This document shows, one piece after another, positions 40,155 through 53,507 of a DNA stretch of 64,000 nt; position 1 is the first letter of the stretch, and each line of letters starts with the position of its first letter. The position numbers and the translations under genes are program-made. The notes beneath the pieces are model-generated. The model was not told the origin of the DNA and did not search any database. It was given only the letters and a program-made list of their open reading frames with translations. Source of the DNA: Trichinella spiralis (Eukaryota); assembly GCF_000181795.1 (NCBI RefSeq), contig NW_003526940.1:1592571-1656570 (forward strand). Reading direction: 5' to 3'.

Positions 40155-42578
40155 TTGAATATGATTTCCGATACAGCAAAGCAGTTAAATCCTCTGAAAT
40201 GCATTGATTATAATAATTTCCAATGTACAATTAACCAAGCATAGTTTTAACTTTTAAAAACGATCAAAACATTTTAAACATAAGAAATGTAAAAATATAA
40301 GAACATCAACAAGAAGTATAACAATTTTGTAAAAAATTTTACACAAATCGAAGAATATTATAAAAACCAACAAAATAACGTTGGAATAGAAAATTTTAAC
40401 GTTGCAATAATTTATTAAAAAATTGAATAAAGTAAATTAAGAAAAGAATTTACTGCCACATTTCAAATAAAAATTCATTTATCTAAAATTATTGAAAACA
40501 ATGCCTGATTTAATTAAACTAAATTTATCGGTTTGAAATAAATTAAAAATAAGTTTTACTATTCGCTTTATTCTGGGCATTCAGCTGTCAAGTATATAGA
40601 AAAGAAGCATTCAGCATAAACATAATTTCATATACAATTCAAAAAAACAAAAAACATGAATAAGAAACAAACAAATTTTAAAATAAAACCATAAATGAAC
40701 TTACCTTAACGAGCACAGGCACAACTGTTACTTGGTCTAATCACATTTGAATTTACAGTAACTTTCAATTATAAAAATAATTAAGGTTAAACACTAGGCT
40801 ACTATGTATAATGGATTATTAGATTAAAAAACAAAACGATCATTTCATGTAAAAATTACTTTAAAAATATAATATATTTCCTAATAAATAACTGAGTTTT
40901 ATATTTTTTTTACGATTTTTAAAATGATAATTTACTTTTTACAGTAATGAATAATTAATAGGTAAAAATTGTTGCTACATTTCCATCTTAAGTCACCCAT
41001 AAATATTTCGAAGTTCCTTTTATTTAAACATAAAAAGTAATTACTTTTTATTTTATTATTCAGAAACTGAATAATAAATGATCTTCATTTTAAAATTAAC
41101 AAAGTTGACCAACATTTTGCAAAACATATAAAGAAATCTGAGTGCTATGGCCTGGTAGGTCAGAGCCCTTCAAAAACTGATTTGGTCTCTAGTGCTGCCC
41201 CAATTTTATTCAAATTTAAAATATTTTTGCAATTTAAGTATTTCACACCGACATCAATGCTTGCCTTTCTGTTGATTTGTGCTGTTTGTTGTTTATGATA
41301 CCTTTCTAAATTTTAATACACTTTTCACTCTATTTCAAATAGGATTTTTAATTTTACTTTTCTGAAATATTTCTTATTTCGACAGTATTATTATTTTTAT
41401 ATACTAAGTTAAATTAAAATTAAAACTTTTTTCTACTTCTTTTTGATTAACATCAATAAATTATTTCGTATAAAATTTACAAGTCTTTTTGTAATCTTTG
41501 CACCACTACCGAATCGTGCTGTAACGTGGATTTATTTGAGAGTCTATAGCAATTTCTTTGATGTATGCAAAATGCAGATTCTTTGCATCCGTCGATCCGC
41601 ATTCGAATTTAAAATATTTCATAAATATTTGCATAATATTTCAGTTTTTGAAGAATTTTTTTTCTTACTGCATTGATATAGTTCAGCAATTTGAGCGATT
41701 CATGCAGTCGTTTAGAGCTTAGGAACAGAAAAAAGATAAACTGCACGAACAACAAATGGCTACAAGACAAATGTCAGTTGTAGTCGCTGTGCAGCAGTTT
41801 ACAGATGATGAAGAAAATGAAAAAGAAAGACACACTCAATGCTCAATACATTATGCTACATTTCAGATGATTAAAAATTTATATTTTTGTCATAAAATTA
41901 TTTGATTAGCAAAGCTGTTGATATTTTTATTCTATCCAAAACGGAGAACATATTATTATTATTATCAATTCTGTATTGCAGTACATGTCATTCAAAATAC
42001 TTCTATTATTTTGTGATCGTATCTATAATACAAAATTGATAAATTTGAATAAAGAATATTTCTGAAATTGAAAAATATTCTAATTTTAAACAAAAGTATT
42101 TTCGTTTTCAAGTTTAATAAATTTTTCATACCAAATATAATCAACATCTTGTCATGTTACATATAGAACTCTGAAAGCCTGATTAAAGTGGAAAATCAAT
42201 TTAAAATTGCATGACTTTACGAAAATAACTGCATAATTTTGTGCTACTCTTTGTTTGTTCAGTTGCCACAGCTACTAGCAGGAAGTATAAAATTCTGTAT
42301 AAACGCCTTGCAACGCTCTGGGGCCATTGCTTTTTTCTTCCTACGTGCAAGTTTCATTCACGTAAGAATTCACTTTCACTAATCTTGTCAACAGTTAATT
42401 TCAAAAATGAGATTCAATTAGTATAAATTATACGATATAATAATATTATATTAGGTATAAACTAAGCATTAACATAATAAAAAGTAATACATATAACACA
42501 GCTAAATACCTTCTATAATAATATATTTTATCAATTACAATTTTTATTTTCTTAGATTTACCCAGAAGACTCAAAACT

Positions 42579-43328
42579 ATGAAAGTGTTCAGAGTGATCG
42601 TTTTTTTATATGCTAGTTTTCTACGCTTTCCAAATAGCAACTTTTTTTATTTAACCATGGTCACAGCTTCTGATAGTTCAAGTGAATGCCCTGATGGCTG
42701 GTTTAATTATGAAACTTTCTGTTATTTCACTGGAAAAAATAGAATGACATTTGATGATGCTCAAGCGGAATGTGTAAAAATGGATGCTACATTGTATTTC
42801 CCAAGTGATGAGGATGAAATGGTATGTTCCTTTTTTTGAAAAATTTTAATTTATAAATAAGCAAAATAAAATTCAATTTAGGATGAAGTACATGAACACA
42901 TGTGTCACCCTTGTAGAATTTGGCTTGGGCTCAACTTTTCCACTGAACCAACCTGGCTGTCTGGTCCAGCAATGGATATCCATAAACTGTAATTGGCAGT
43001 CAAATTGTAATATATATTTTTTTCAATATACTAAATTGGTAAATATTTCAGCACATGGAGCAGCGGAGATCCAACTACTTGTCACCTTTCACCACTGGAT
43101 TGTGCAGCATGGTTCAAACCGTCAAGAAATGCACCTTCCAGTGCTAACTGGTACTTGTGCAGCACTCTTTTCAATTATATTTGCAAAAAAGGAGATGTAT
43201 CCTCATCAATAACAAATAGGGTTAATGTCGAAAATCAAAATGTTTCGTATGATCAGTCAATTCTTCACGAAAACGTTGCGAAAAATAGTTCTGAAGGGAA
43301 CAGTACAACTGATGATGATTATTTGTGA
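42579..43328 (+). CDS. Secreted C-type lectin-like domain protein 1
   Basis: Hydrophobic N-terminus, CPDGWFNYETFCY...MTFDDAQAECVKMDATL, EHMCHPCRIWLGL and DCAAW...NWYLCSTLFNYICKK; three exons in frame. Confidence 0.88.
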
Positions 43329-45434
43329 TCTTAGCAAATATCAATAGCAAAAAGGAACTAATTGTCAAATTATTGTAATTTTAAAATAATTTGTCGTATG
43401 TCATATGTTGATAGTAAATGTTGTTGGAAAAATTCTTCTTTTAGAAATATTAAAAAAAAATTAACATTATGCTACATGCAATAAAAATAACAATTAAAAC
43501 AAAAAATTTCATTCAGTGATAACAAATCAATTAATGATAAATTTATCCAACTTTATGAACAGAAATATATTATAGAAATTAAAGAGAAGAAAGAAAAAGA
43601 AATGGAAATTTTCAAACTTGTCAAATCTATTGCACTCTCTTCACTAACGCCAATCACGTAATTAAATAGTCATTTAATCAATTTATATATTAATAATTGA
43701 TCATTTTATCATTTCTCAGTTAAATGTACAAAGAAGTAATTATAGCTCTAAACTATGGAGTAATTGAAAAGAATTCTTTCAAAATTGCATTGCATTGAAA
43801 TTGTCATTTCTAAAAATAGTTATTTATTAAAAATTGAGCACGCAAGAAAAACTCCAAATAGTTAAATTTATAAATTCATAAAAGCACTTAATACCAGGCA
43901 GTCTATTTCTAGAGTTACTAATAATATATGCATGCAGTCTGATTTATGCAGACATGCGGATAACATGCTCTTTTTTTATTACTTATGTTGAACAAAACAG
44001 TTAAATCTCGCGCTGATGAAAAACTAGTGCACTCACATTAATAATGCTTCTTCGGTCAAAATAAATTTAATTTGTAATAAACAATAAACAAATTTTGGCC
44101 GCTTCATGTTATGTAATGTTATTAATAAATAACGTAACATAGCAAATATCATTATTAATGAAACACTGACCAAAAACATAGTTATTCACAAATGTAAATA
44201 TGAGTAAATGAAATGCAAATGTTATTAAATTATTAAAATTTAAATTTTATTAAAATATTAATAAACAGCACTCTGTTGCACTGTTATTTCATTTTAAATG
44301 TATTTTTCAATTATAATTTATTATATGAGGAAATTAAAGTGCTCAGATATTGAAATTTTGTTTTTCACAAAGTTATAATTACAACTGATATTTAGCCAGC
44401 AGTTTAATGTATTTAATTTTGTTATATATTTTAACATATTGAGAACAACTTCCCTATTTAAAATTTTATTCGCTTATAATTGATAAGCTAATGATAACGA
44501 CAATAATAAACAAATACATAAACGTTGCATTCAAAACTAAACTCAGAATTGTATTTAACTGTGGCAACCTTTATTATTAGACCTAAATTTCATTGAATCT
44601 TAACGCTAAATTTACTAGTAATTACAATTATTTCTTTGTTATCTTCATTATTTCATATTTCAAAATTTAATGAAATACACAATTGATTTATATAAATATC
44701 ACATATCTCATTATTTTACATTGGCACATAGTGTGGGCTTCATTTGCTACTTTGCAATTACTTTCTGTTAATTATGAGATAACTGAGAAACTTTAATGAT
44801 AAGAAAAAGTTTATTCCTTTCTGATTTAAATTAATTTTTCTAGTTAATTAATTAGATGACATATAAAAGATGCATTAATTAACTGAAATTTACAAACAAA
44901 AATTCATAAATGCATAAATATAATATATAATACAAATATTTAATAAAAGGCAAAGTTGAAACTGACTAAACAATTATAAAAACAGCATTAAAATGTTGAA
45001 TAATATAAAACTAATATTTTACATATAAATAATAAATACGATAATCAAATTAATCAAATCTGCATTCACATTTGGAAGAAATATTTAAACATTAAACTTC
45101 ACTTTGCACAGATGCAATTTTGAATTTCAAAATGTAGTTTACATAATTTCCATAGCAATATTGATCCATTCAGAGAGATTACATTTTGAAATAAGCTTAA
45201 TTTTAACTATTTGCTCGGAGAAGAAATTTGTCACTATTTGAAAACACACGTTTCATCCATCATAAGAGAAGTATAGAGTAAAGATCGTCGTCATCAATTA
45301 ATTCACTGCTAGTCAGTGCATATTATTTATATTAATTTTAAAATATGACAATTTCTTTCAAAAAATAAAAATAAAAAAGGATAAGAAAAAAATTAGAAAA
45401 TTTGATTATTTCAGAAAAATCATCTCAGGATATT

Positions 45435-47541
45435 ATGCTTTCTTCAACGCGCTGTCTGCCGTGTGCTTGCTTTATGAAATATTTATTGGCAACTTGTTTC
45501 GTTGCGTTGGTGCTCAAAGGTATTGTTGAATTGAAAAAAATTAATGCATACGTTTCTAATAAATTTTTATAAAGTTCTCAACGTCAAAGGAGAAGTATGC
45601 AAATATGGCTGGTTTCAATACGACGATGCCTGTTATCAAATTCAAAAGAAAATGTCGTTTAAAGAAGCAGTTGCGAAGTGTGCAAACCTCGATAGTCAAC
45701 TATTTTTTCCGGAAAATATTCGAGAACTGGTAACTATATTTCATAAATAAATAAATATAATATCAAAATGAAAATAATGAAATGTAATAAAATAGAACAA
45801 TACTATCAATTTTCACATTAAATTTTAATATGACTAATAATTCTAATTTTTACAATCAAGAATATCTACTATTTCTGCACATTATTATTATTATTCGAAT
45901 AACTGCTTTCTTGTTAGTAGAAAAATAAAGATCTCCGAATAAAACAAAGGTGTGCAATGCTTATTTCAATTTGTTAATTAAAATCGATAAAAATATTTTA
46001 CGACGACATAAATAATATTGAATCCAATTTCCTATTGAAAACAAATGAAAGATAAAATATGATGCAACGTTGATGCTTCTATGGAATAGGTGAAAACGTT
46101 TTCAAAAGTTTACACTGGAGCATGACAGTGATCATATGAAAGCGTCGTTGTCGAGAATTAGATAATAAATTATTATAAAAGGACTTGACATAATCCAAAT
46201 AATGATAGCATGAAGCATGATGCATTGCATTAAGCGAGTCGAAAATAAATAACTTCTTCATCAGTTATTTGAAACAAACAGAGCAGAAATATTAAAATAC
46301 AACCCTATAACTTCAGCCTATGAGAATAATGAGCAAACTTCTATACTTTATCATAAGCTGTTAAAAATATGTGTAGAATGAAATGTGAAGAGCAAAATTT
46401 TAATTTTTCACGTTTCAAAAAAAATACATCTTTATTCATTAGTTATATTAAATTAAATTAAATTTTTTTCCTACAATAAAAATTACTAACCATAAAAAAA
46501 CAATAATTATTAAATCTTAAACCTAAAGCATTTAATTAAAATTTATACTGATTAACTGACTGGCATGTATTCTTCAATTTTTAAACCGTTTATAGACGTG
46601 TAATTTTTTAGATAATAATTAATGAACATATCTGTTCACCGTGCAAAGCATGGCTAGCCTTAACTTATACTGGAAAAGCAACCTTGGTCTACAATACAGA
46701 TGCAAACATAAATGATTTGTAAGTAATTTGAAAATATTTTATATAAAATGAAATACACTTAAAATAAATTATAAGACCGTGGAGTCGAGGAGATTATAAC
46801 AAAGGCCATTTGAAGAACTTCGATTGTGCAGCATGGAACAATCCAGCTGGTAATGGCAAACTGACAGTTAGTTGGCATCTTTGTTCGTCAAAACACGTAG
46901 CCGTTTGCAAATCAATGCTAATAACAAATCAAGAAAGTACTGTCAAAAAAACTGAAACTGTTGATACTAACGACGATTCACATTCAGAAGCAACAGATGA
47001 TGGAAATGATGAATCATCAGCCGGTGTTGACAAAAGAAGTAATATTAAATCATTTCACATTAAAAGTGTAAACGAAACCACTGTAGAAATGCAATCTTCA
47101 ACCGCACTGAAGCCGAAAGCAACGTCTACACCCGCTACTATAATCACTACACATACAGTGGTTCTTTCAACCGTATTAGAACATACTCATGGCACCGAAC
47201 AAAATTCTGAAACAACAACTCGAGTTGAAGAAACCAAAGAAACATCCGAGAACGATATTTTCCCTGAAAGCAGCACTGTCAAAACTGTGACTGAAAATGA
47301 AAAAGATAAACATGAAAATATTGAAAAATCTGAACACATATCAGAAAAAACTACAACTGCTAGTGAAAAACCTGAATGTTCTACAAAAGCTTTGGAAATA
47401 ACAACTTTATCTGATGAAAATTCGACTGATCATTTAAATTCTTCTTCTACAGACAAATCTGACGTTGCACCATCAACAACTAATAAAACAAAGAGTGAAA
47501 ATAAGAATAATAATAGCCAAATTTCTACTGAACAACATTGA
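45435..47541 (+). CDS. Secreted C-type lectin-like domain protein 2 with a Ser/Thr/Glu-rich mucin-like tail
   Basis: Signal exon, CKYGWFQYDDACY...MSFKEAVAKCANLDSQL, EHICSPCKAWLAL and DCAAW...SWHLCSSKHVAVCK, then about 200 aa of low-complexity tail; four exons in frame. Confidence 0.88.
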
Positions 47542-48264
47542 TCAAAAGAATTATGTACAACATGCAGACATCGTGAAAAAGTACACTTGGAACCAATACC
47601 AATCAACAATCGCAACGAACTGATGCTAAAAAATGTTGTATTTATAGTTTAAAGCTTCTTTTTTGTTTAATGTACATTTCTTATTTAGTTGCATTCTCAT
47701 GTGTTTTGTCAGTTGAATGTGCAATAACTGAACTTTAAATATAAAATTTTGAAAAATGAATAAAATTTTTGAAAAACATCTCAATTCATGAAAAAATTGA
47801 TAAAAATATCTTATAACTTATTCGTCTGCATAAATAAATAAGTTTCATCAAAACCAGAACGTTACAAATTCATTCATCACTATAAACAACAATTACTGAC
47901 TTCAGTTGTAAAATAAATAAAAACTACAATTTAAATTAATCCTCATAAATTATTTCTGAAACAACATTAGAATTCAATCATTTGAGCATTGGATGTGCCC
48001 CTTTTTTTAAAAAAAGATGTCATACAATAAGCCTGTATAAGTAATTATGAAATTCAAAAAATTCATGATTATATTTTCAATTAATAATATACAAAAGTTT
48101 TAAGATAAATTAACAATAAAGACATTTTTATTGTAAAGTTAATTTGCTAATTCATACACTTCAAAATATTTATACCTACCCATGCTTTATTATACTGTAA
48201 TCAACAATTTAAAAAGTCTGATAAATCTGTACTTATTTTTCGTGATTTATCCCTGTATGCCGCA

Positions 48265-48910
48265 ATGGCTGCACCTTCGTGGAAAAAATATTCTCTTGTA
48301 ATGGTACGCTGTGGTGAAAAGATTTTGCTTGGTTTAAAAAAAAAAGGTTTCGGTTGTGGTAAATGGAATGGATTTGGTGGGAAAATGGAACAAGGGGAAA
48401 CTATAGAAGAAACGGCGAAAAGGTACGTTCATACTAAAATGTGATTTTTTTGACATTTTTCAATTATAAATTTATCGTATGTGATGCTTTGAAGCAATAA
48501 AAATCATATTTATAGGGAACTGTATGAAGAATGCAATCTAACTTGTGAAAGAGTTGATAAATTTGGTATACTCCGTTTTGAATTTGAGAAATATCCAATC
48601 TTGATGGAGGTACATGCTTTCCATGCCATAAATGTAAGTGGAGATCCTCAAGAAAGTTACGGTAATTCATACATTGAAAAACAGGCTAATTAAAAAAATT
48701 TTCTACTTTTGCTTTTATTTTTTAGAAATGATTCCACGTTGGTTCGACTTCAATTCTGTTCCATTTCATCAAATGTGGCCAGACGATAAATTGTGGTGGC
48801 ATCATTTTAGTTCAAACAGAAAGTTCAAAGGTTACTTTCTGTACGATGAAACGCAAACAGTACTTCTGGATCACACAATCAAATTAGACGAAGATCTTGA
48901 TCAGTATTAA
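48265..48910 (+). CDS. NUDT1: 8-oxo-dGTPase, Nudix hydrolase MTH1
   Basis: [39 protein letters not shown] Nudix box; [10 protein letters not shown]; three exons. Confidence 0.93.
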
Positions 48911-50047
48911 AAAACTTGATTCGCTGAAATTGATCAATTTGTTGTACAGTGTACGTGAATTTGTCTCGAAATATGTGAAAAGTACCGTGATTTCAAATGA
49001 AATACTTTATTATACCATTGCAATCATTTGTTAAACAAAACAAATAATGCTGCTCCAATAAGTACACAATTTGCATTTGCTGTTTTGGGACAAATTTTCC
49101 ATAATAAAATTATTTAATATAATCTTTAATCTGAGAAATAGATTGGAACTGAATAATAATTTTGAATAATAAAGAACGAAAACATTCGAGCAAATGCTCA
49201 TTCAATTATTTAATTTATTCCGTATATTTGACGTGTACAATATATCATATATATATATATAATTTAGGAATCTCAAGTTATTACTGACGATAGAATGAAA
49301 ACTGTAAGAATAGAAACTATTTTCTAGAAAAAAGTAATATTAATCATTTGAGAGAAAATGTTTGTAAAATTGACCAAATGACAAAATTATATAAATAAAA
49401 TTTATCTGTATTTACATGCTGTTGAAACGTTCGCCTGTTAGTAAAGTGAAACAGTGCTTGCTGTTAATACTTACCCGCTTTTCTGTCAGGTCTATGATAA
49501 TAATGTTTGATAAACATTGACTAGACGAAATAGCGTTTTGGATAAATCAACTGGCTTCCAATCACTCGTGATAAAGTAACCAAACATTCGTTCATTTTAA
49601 CTTTGCAAGCTAAACATACGCGCTTGTGTTGAATTTGTATCCTCGTAAATATTTATTTGTTTTTATTTTTAGATAAAATAAGCTGAGATTGAAAACATTA
49701 GAAACATATTTCAATTTCTTTCAGGATTCTATCTTTGTGCAAATAAATACTGTAATATTGGGAAGATAAGCGCGACAGTTGTTGCATAATTTTTAAATAA
49801 AATAATACGCAATTTAATAATTTAGTTTGAACTATAAAATTTGAAACTTAATTGTATTCTGTATATAATTTTTATTTTTGATTTTACATTTATACCTTAT
49901 TGTCAATGTTACTGTATAAGTGTTTTCTAATGTAATTACAGTTGTTGATCAGCTGTTAATACTTTGGATATTTTGCTTTGCTTTTGAATATATTATTTTG
50001 ATTTCATTGTTAAATATATTTACTGCAGATCTTTTCTTTTAATTAAA

Positions 50048-52346
50048 ATGGTTACTTTGCTCAACAGTCGCTTTTACGATTCAAATTTGCTGTATCTTGG
50101 ATTTAATCAAGACCATGGTAGTGCATATTAAGAAGCTTTGTATAACGTTTATTTTTTATTGAGCTTTTAAGGTTGTTTTGCATGTGGGACAGGCTGTGGA
50201 TACAGAATATATCATACTGATCCACTCGATGAAAAGGAACGATATGGTATGAATTTATTCATAAATTGCTTGCTGCGTTAATTTTAGATAGACGTCAATA
50301 AGCAGTGTAATGTAATGAAAGAATTAGCAGTGAGATTTATTTTACTAAATGGTTAAAAATTATTGTTATGTTTGTACAATGCTGAAGCTATGGTTTTTAA
50401 AATGTATTTGCTTTGTATTGATTGCATGTCATATTTCAGCCTGTAAGTTTTAGATGAATTTTGTTGTTTACTTATTGTTGTTCCTGTATTTATTGCTTTA
50501 AATAAGTTTATAAAATTGATTTAAATCAGACTAGTTAATCATATATATTCGTTGATTATTGATTTTTATAAAATATGCGTCTTAATTTATTTTTAAAATC
50601 AGATTTATTACTTACTATGGGTATTTCAGATTTCTCCAATGGCATTGGTCATGTTGCCATGTTATATAAGTATAATTATCTTGGTCTTGTTGGTGGCGGC
50701 TTGAATCCTCAGTTCCCTACTAATGAAGGTAAATATAAATGTATTTGTTTGTTTAGTTATTTTAGTTAAATAAATAAGTATATTTTTTTAAGTTGTTATT
50801 TGGGATGATCTTGAAAGAGATGTTGTTATTCGGATAAGTGACTTGCCATCCAGAGTATGTGGTGTGCGTTTACGTCGTGATCGAATAGTTGTTATTTTGG
50901 AACAAATGATCAAAGTTTATCCATTTTCTGTTGAACTTGAACTGTTGGTAGAATTTGAAACTGCCCCCAATTCAAATGGTGAACTGGAATATTTTTGAGA
51001 ACAATTTAAAAATTGTATTTATTCTTCATTTTAGGATTATGCTGTCTGATGGGACATGCTGACAGAGCTTTGATGGCTTTTCCAGCGAAGCAGCCGGGGG
51101 TTGTTCGCACGGTTGATTTGGCCGATCCGACAATTTCAATCGAAATTGCCGCTCATGAATCCCCATTAGCATGCATGGCATTCAACAATGATGGAACTTT
51201 GCTAGCTACTGCTTCAGAGAAAGTAGGAAAGCACCTTTTTTTTTCATTTGCTGTTCTTTTTCTTTTTATTTTTTTTCTATTTATATTAGGGAACTTTAAT
51301 TCGCATCTTTGATTCTCAGAATGGCTTAAAATTGCACGAATTCCGACGTGGCACTAATCCAGCTGTTATATATAGGTTAAAATTTTTTAAAGTTTTATTT
51401 AAGTTTTTTTTTATTTAAATTGAATTGTTTTAGTATTAGCTTTAATGTTGACTCTACTCTACTTTGTGTTGGAAGCGGACATGGCACTGTGCACGTTTTT
51501 TCACTTTCTGGATCATCCATTACTTATCCGAAGTATGCTACTTTTATTATTATTTCCTATGGTAAATTTGTAAAAATGTTGTTAAATCATTTGTTAAAAT
51601 GACAACATTGAAATATATTAATTTACTGTATAAATCACTGGAAAGGTAAATACACATGTGCTCATTTAATTCTAATAGTAGTATGCTCTGTCGTGAGGAT
51701 TATATTTTCACATTAGAATGATAATGAAATTAAATGTTAAGTTTTAGAAGTTTGATTAAGTGCTTGATGTTGAAAGTACACATTAGATATGAAAAATGAA
51801 ATTCTAGAATAGGAATATTTGTTCTGGGAAATCGCAGTATTGGATAGGGTAAATGTGTTCAGCATCGGAAAGAAGTATGCATTGAAGTCGATTTTATTCT
51901 GATTATGTTATAATAAATTTCAAACAGTTTTAACATAACTTTAAAATGTCTAGCCGATGCGTAGTAGATAAAATGTGGAAATAATTGGATGAAAACTGGA
52001 AAGAAAGTTTAAAAATAATGCTATTTTAGGAAATCGGAAAAAAATTTTTTGAAAAAGTATATGAGTGCCAAACATAGCTTTGTACGTATCCAAGTACCTA
52101 CTGTTACAAAATACAACCAAGTTCCATTCATATGTGCCTTTGGAGCTGAACCTCAATCGTTGATTGGTAAGCTATTTTTTGTTAATAATTCATAATTATG
52201 TATATTTCATAATCTGGATGATAATGTATATTATGGTAATATTTTTAGTTATTTGTGGCGATGCGAGTTATTATAAGTTTATTTTTGAGAAGACTGGAGA
52301 TTTTTCCAGGCAGAGATTTTCTGTGTTTTTGGAATTGAATGAATGA
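50048..52346 (+). CDS. WDR45: PROPPIN, WIPI3/WIPI4 (WDR45B/WDR45, EPG-6) family
   Basis: LLYLGFNQDHGCFACG, VVIWDDL, VRLRRDRIVV, AAHESPL, ATASEKGTLIRIFD, EFRRG, GTVHVF, ICAFG and SYYKF over nine exons. Confidence 0.92.
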
Positions 52347-52548
52347 CGGCAGACAGTAGCACGAAGATGATGTTAAAGATGATTTCAGAGCATTTGTTTT
52401 AAGTTGCTCTTTGTTGATTTTAAAATTGAATAAATGATTGCTGTTTTTTGTTTGAAATTTGCTTATTAATTGGCGACATATCGATTGTTTTTATTTATTA
52501 TCTATTTATGCTATTGTTTTGCTTTAAATAACCGGAGAAATGTAGAAA

Positions 52549-53507
52549 ATGTCAAAAGTATTATTCACTGGATTGTTCCAACGAATTCCACAGATGCATT
52601 TTGCACTGCGCTATTTTCACAGTTCTCCTATGCTCAAGTAAGATGTTTTTATATCTGATTTGGATATTTTTGATCAAGCATATTCGTTATATAGTGCTGA
52701 ACCACTGAAGAAAAAAAAGCGCATTGATCCTGCAATTATAAGAGGCCGATTGGAACGAAAGAAGAAAAAAATTGAAAAATCAATTCGCTTATTATTGAAA
52801 CAAAGCAAAAAGTTAAAGCCTATAGAGGAGTTGACTGTGGAAAATAAAGTGAAAGACAATATACAGTAATTTTATTTTTGTAAATAAATGTTTTCTGTAG
52901 TAGACGAAAGTATTTATTGGTTTTCTTGTTACTAGTCTTATTAAATTTATGCTTTATGTTAATTGCGCAATTCAGTTTGTTTGTTTAATGCAAATTTTAT
53001 TCAATTCCATGTACTCTACCAAATTTAGACATTATATCCGGCCTAAAAGTGAAGTTTCAGACGAAGAACTGCAACAGAGAACTGTTTTTCTCAAAGAATG
53101 GGCAAAGTGCCAGTTCTCTTGTCTTTTCCATTTTCAATCGTTTTCTTAAATTAATTTTTAGATATCAAACAAAGCAGTATAATGCACACCATAATCAAAT
53201 TCGCGTAATGATGAAAAGTCAGCTGAAAGCGTTGGAAGAGTTGAAATTGGAGTCTGAAACTTTATATCGCTCTGCTTTGGAGGTTTCACTTATTTTTATT
53301 GTTTCATATATTTATTATGTGAATAAATTGAACTTTTGTAATTTCTATCACGTAAATTGCATTCAATCAATAGAACTTAGATATATTTTTCAGGTAAATC
53401 CAGATTTAATTCCCTGTGTATTTGATGGTCCGGTTTCAACACCACCTATACCTGGATACGAAACTCCAGATGGAGATTATAAAGAGACAACACGTAAATG
53501 GGAATAA
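52549..53507 (+). CDS. MRPL40: Mitochondrial ribosomal protein L40
   Basis: Presequence-like N-terminus; AEPLKKKKRIDP, LKPIEE, LKEWAKY, QLKALEELKLES and GPVSTPPIPGYETPDGDYKETT motifs. Confidence 0.9.

Noticed and set aside
51683..51705. CTCTGTCGTGAG resembling the U11 snRNA 5' stem
   Set aside because: Lacks the AAAAAGGG 5' end, downstream stems and Sm site.
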